64,000 nucleotides of DNA. Origin: a virus. Taxonomy: Duplodnaviria; Caudoviricetes. Below the pieces are notes generated by a model that was not told where the DNA came from, searched no databases, and saw nothing but the letters and a program-made list of their open reading frames with translations. The DNA lies in IMG/VR virus record IMGVR_UViG_3300043567_000723. One strand, given 5' to 3'. A program made the translations under genes and the position numbers. Positions 62,985 to 64,000 of this stretch are shown piece after piece. Position 1 is the first letter of the stretch. Each line of letters begins with the position of its first letter.

Positions 62985-63207
62985 GCCAGAATCTGTGCTC
63001 GATTTGCCTATCACTGATTTAAACCTGAGCGTGCGTTGCCGCAAGGCTGCGTCAAAGCTAAACGTGCTTACGATTGGAGATCTCACGCGCCGCAGCGTCA
63101 GCGATCTACTGGAGTGCAAGAATTTTGGCGTGACTAGTTTAAAGGAAATGCGCGAAAAGCTATCAGAACGAGGGCTTACGCTGAGCGGCGACAGTTTGCC
63201 GCAATGA
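62977..63207 (+). CDS. Stand-alone RNA polymerase alpha-subunit C-terminal domain protein (76 aa)
   Basis: VLDLPITDLNLSVRCRKAASKLNVLTIGDL...DLLECKNFGVTSLKEMREKL..GLTL matches alpha-CTD (LSVR, KNFG.TSL); no alpha-NTD. Confidence 0.85.
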   Translation: MSEPESVLDLPITDLNLSVRCRKAASKLNVLTIGDLTRRSVSDLLECKNFGVTSLKEMREKLSERGLTLSGDSLPQ

Positions 63208-63467
63208 TCACGCCACGCCACGTGTTCGACTCGTATCCGGGTTCGGATCTAGTCGGTATTGATCCGCCTACAGCAGAAGAAACATTTGCCGATTACATTA
63301 GGCGTGTTGGTCGCGGACCAATCCAGCGCTGCGGCGATACGTTGTACGCGTTTTTGTTATTTGAAATGGCGGACTCTGGTGGTAACGCAGAAGAAGCACT
63401 GCGTATGCTAGATACCGCAATTCGTGATGTTGAATCTGTTCGCAATTACATCAACTCAAGGAGTTAA
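63204..63467 (+). CDS. Hypothetical protein
   Basis: ATGA overlap with the upstream gene. Confidence 0.6.
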   Translation: MITPRHVFDSYPGSDLVGIDPPTAEETFADYIRRVGRGPIQRCGDTLYAFLLFEMADSGGNAEEALRMLDTAIRDVESVRNYINSRS

Positions 63468-63469
63468 TT

Positions 63470-63781
63470 ATGGCTAATATGTCTAACGCTATTGAAACGG
63501 CTGCTGCGCGGTTAGCGGATGCCGTCGAAAAAGAAATGGCGCTTGAAGACACGCGGCACACGGTCAAGCTAGCTGCTATCTCGCGTATCATGCTTGGTGG
63601 CGAAAATCAGCTGACCGGTAAGCCGCACAGCTTCAGTTCCGCAGAAGCGGCTGTAAGCACTGATAGCGCCTACGCAGATCACCTAGAGCAACTGCGCAAC
63701 GCGGCGCGCGAGCGTATACTTGCGCGCGGCGGCTATGATGCCGCTGTGGCGGCCGCAAGACTACAGGAAAACCTCATTTAG
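63470..63781 (+). CDS. Hypothetical helical protein
   Basis: AAGGAG SD; operon-packed. Confidence 0.6.
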   Translation: MANMSNAIETAAARLADAVEKEMALEDTRHTVKLAAISRIMLGGENQLTGKPHSFSSAEAAVSTDSAYADHLEQLRNAARERILARGGYDAAVAAARLQENLI

Positions 63782-63788
63782 GTGCACC

Positions 63789-64000
63789 ATGTTTAGCGAC
63801 GAGTTTGAAGAAGACGGCGACGCCCAACATCACGTAGAAAATTCGATCGAGGGTTTGCGTGATTATGTACTGGGCATGTTCGGACATTTTGTCGGCAAGC
63901 TAAGCGACAATCCAAGCGCTGTTGACGACATCACTGAACAAAAGAAATTTCTTACGGTTCAGGAAGTTGAAAACATCATCGCTGATATGTGCGACGTCAA
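63789..64000 (+). CDS. Hypothetical acidic protein (3'-partial)
   Basis: TAGGTG SD, ATG 63789, open to the window end. Confidence 0.55.
   Translation, partial: MFSDEFEEDGDAQHHVENSIEGLRDYVLGMFGHFVGKLSDNPSAVDDITEQKKFLTVQEVENIIADMCDV

Overview
This is a 64-kb segment of a large tailed phage (myovirus-like, contractile tail, genetic code 11, almost all genes on +). It opens with the C-terminal part of a phage-encoded RNA polymerase beta-prime subunit (partial). A complete-looking morphogenesis region follows. The head part has a putative prohead protease, a scaffold, a decoration protein and the major capsid protein. Next come neck, sheath, tube, spike, chaperones, tape measure and baseplate. 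After them are five paralogous Cys-rich tail-tip proteins, two collagen-like fibres and Ig/FN3 proteins. An accessory region carries a glycosyltransferase, CsrA, a tRNA-Met, a primase-like protein, an acidic protein, a pyrimidine-dimer glycosylase-like protein, tRNA-Thr, a GNAT and a stand-alone RNAP alpha-CTD. A sigma70-family gene sits inside the baseplate module. The CsrA and alpha-CTD sequences suggest a Planctomycetota host (inference). The strongest unexplained signals are four. (1) The ribosome-binding sites of the capsid, decoration, sheath, neck, tail-fibre and other genes are CANGGANG motifs, mostly in hexaloop hairpins. This is the classic CsrA/RsmA operator, and the phage encodes its own CsrA, suggesting a phage post-transcriptional morphogenesis regulon. 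(2) A recurrent K-x-A motif in head-module proteins may mark prohead-protease cleavage sites. (3) A ~190-nt RNA next to tRNA-Thr has a tRNA acceptor stem and T-arm but a large internal domain. (4) The initiator-type tRNA-Met lacks the three G-C anticodon-stem pairs. No terminase, portal, integrase, CRISPR array, reverse transcriptase or IS element was recognised in this window. All assignments are from motif recognition by eye; no database searches were run.
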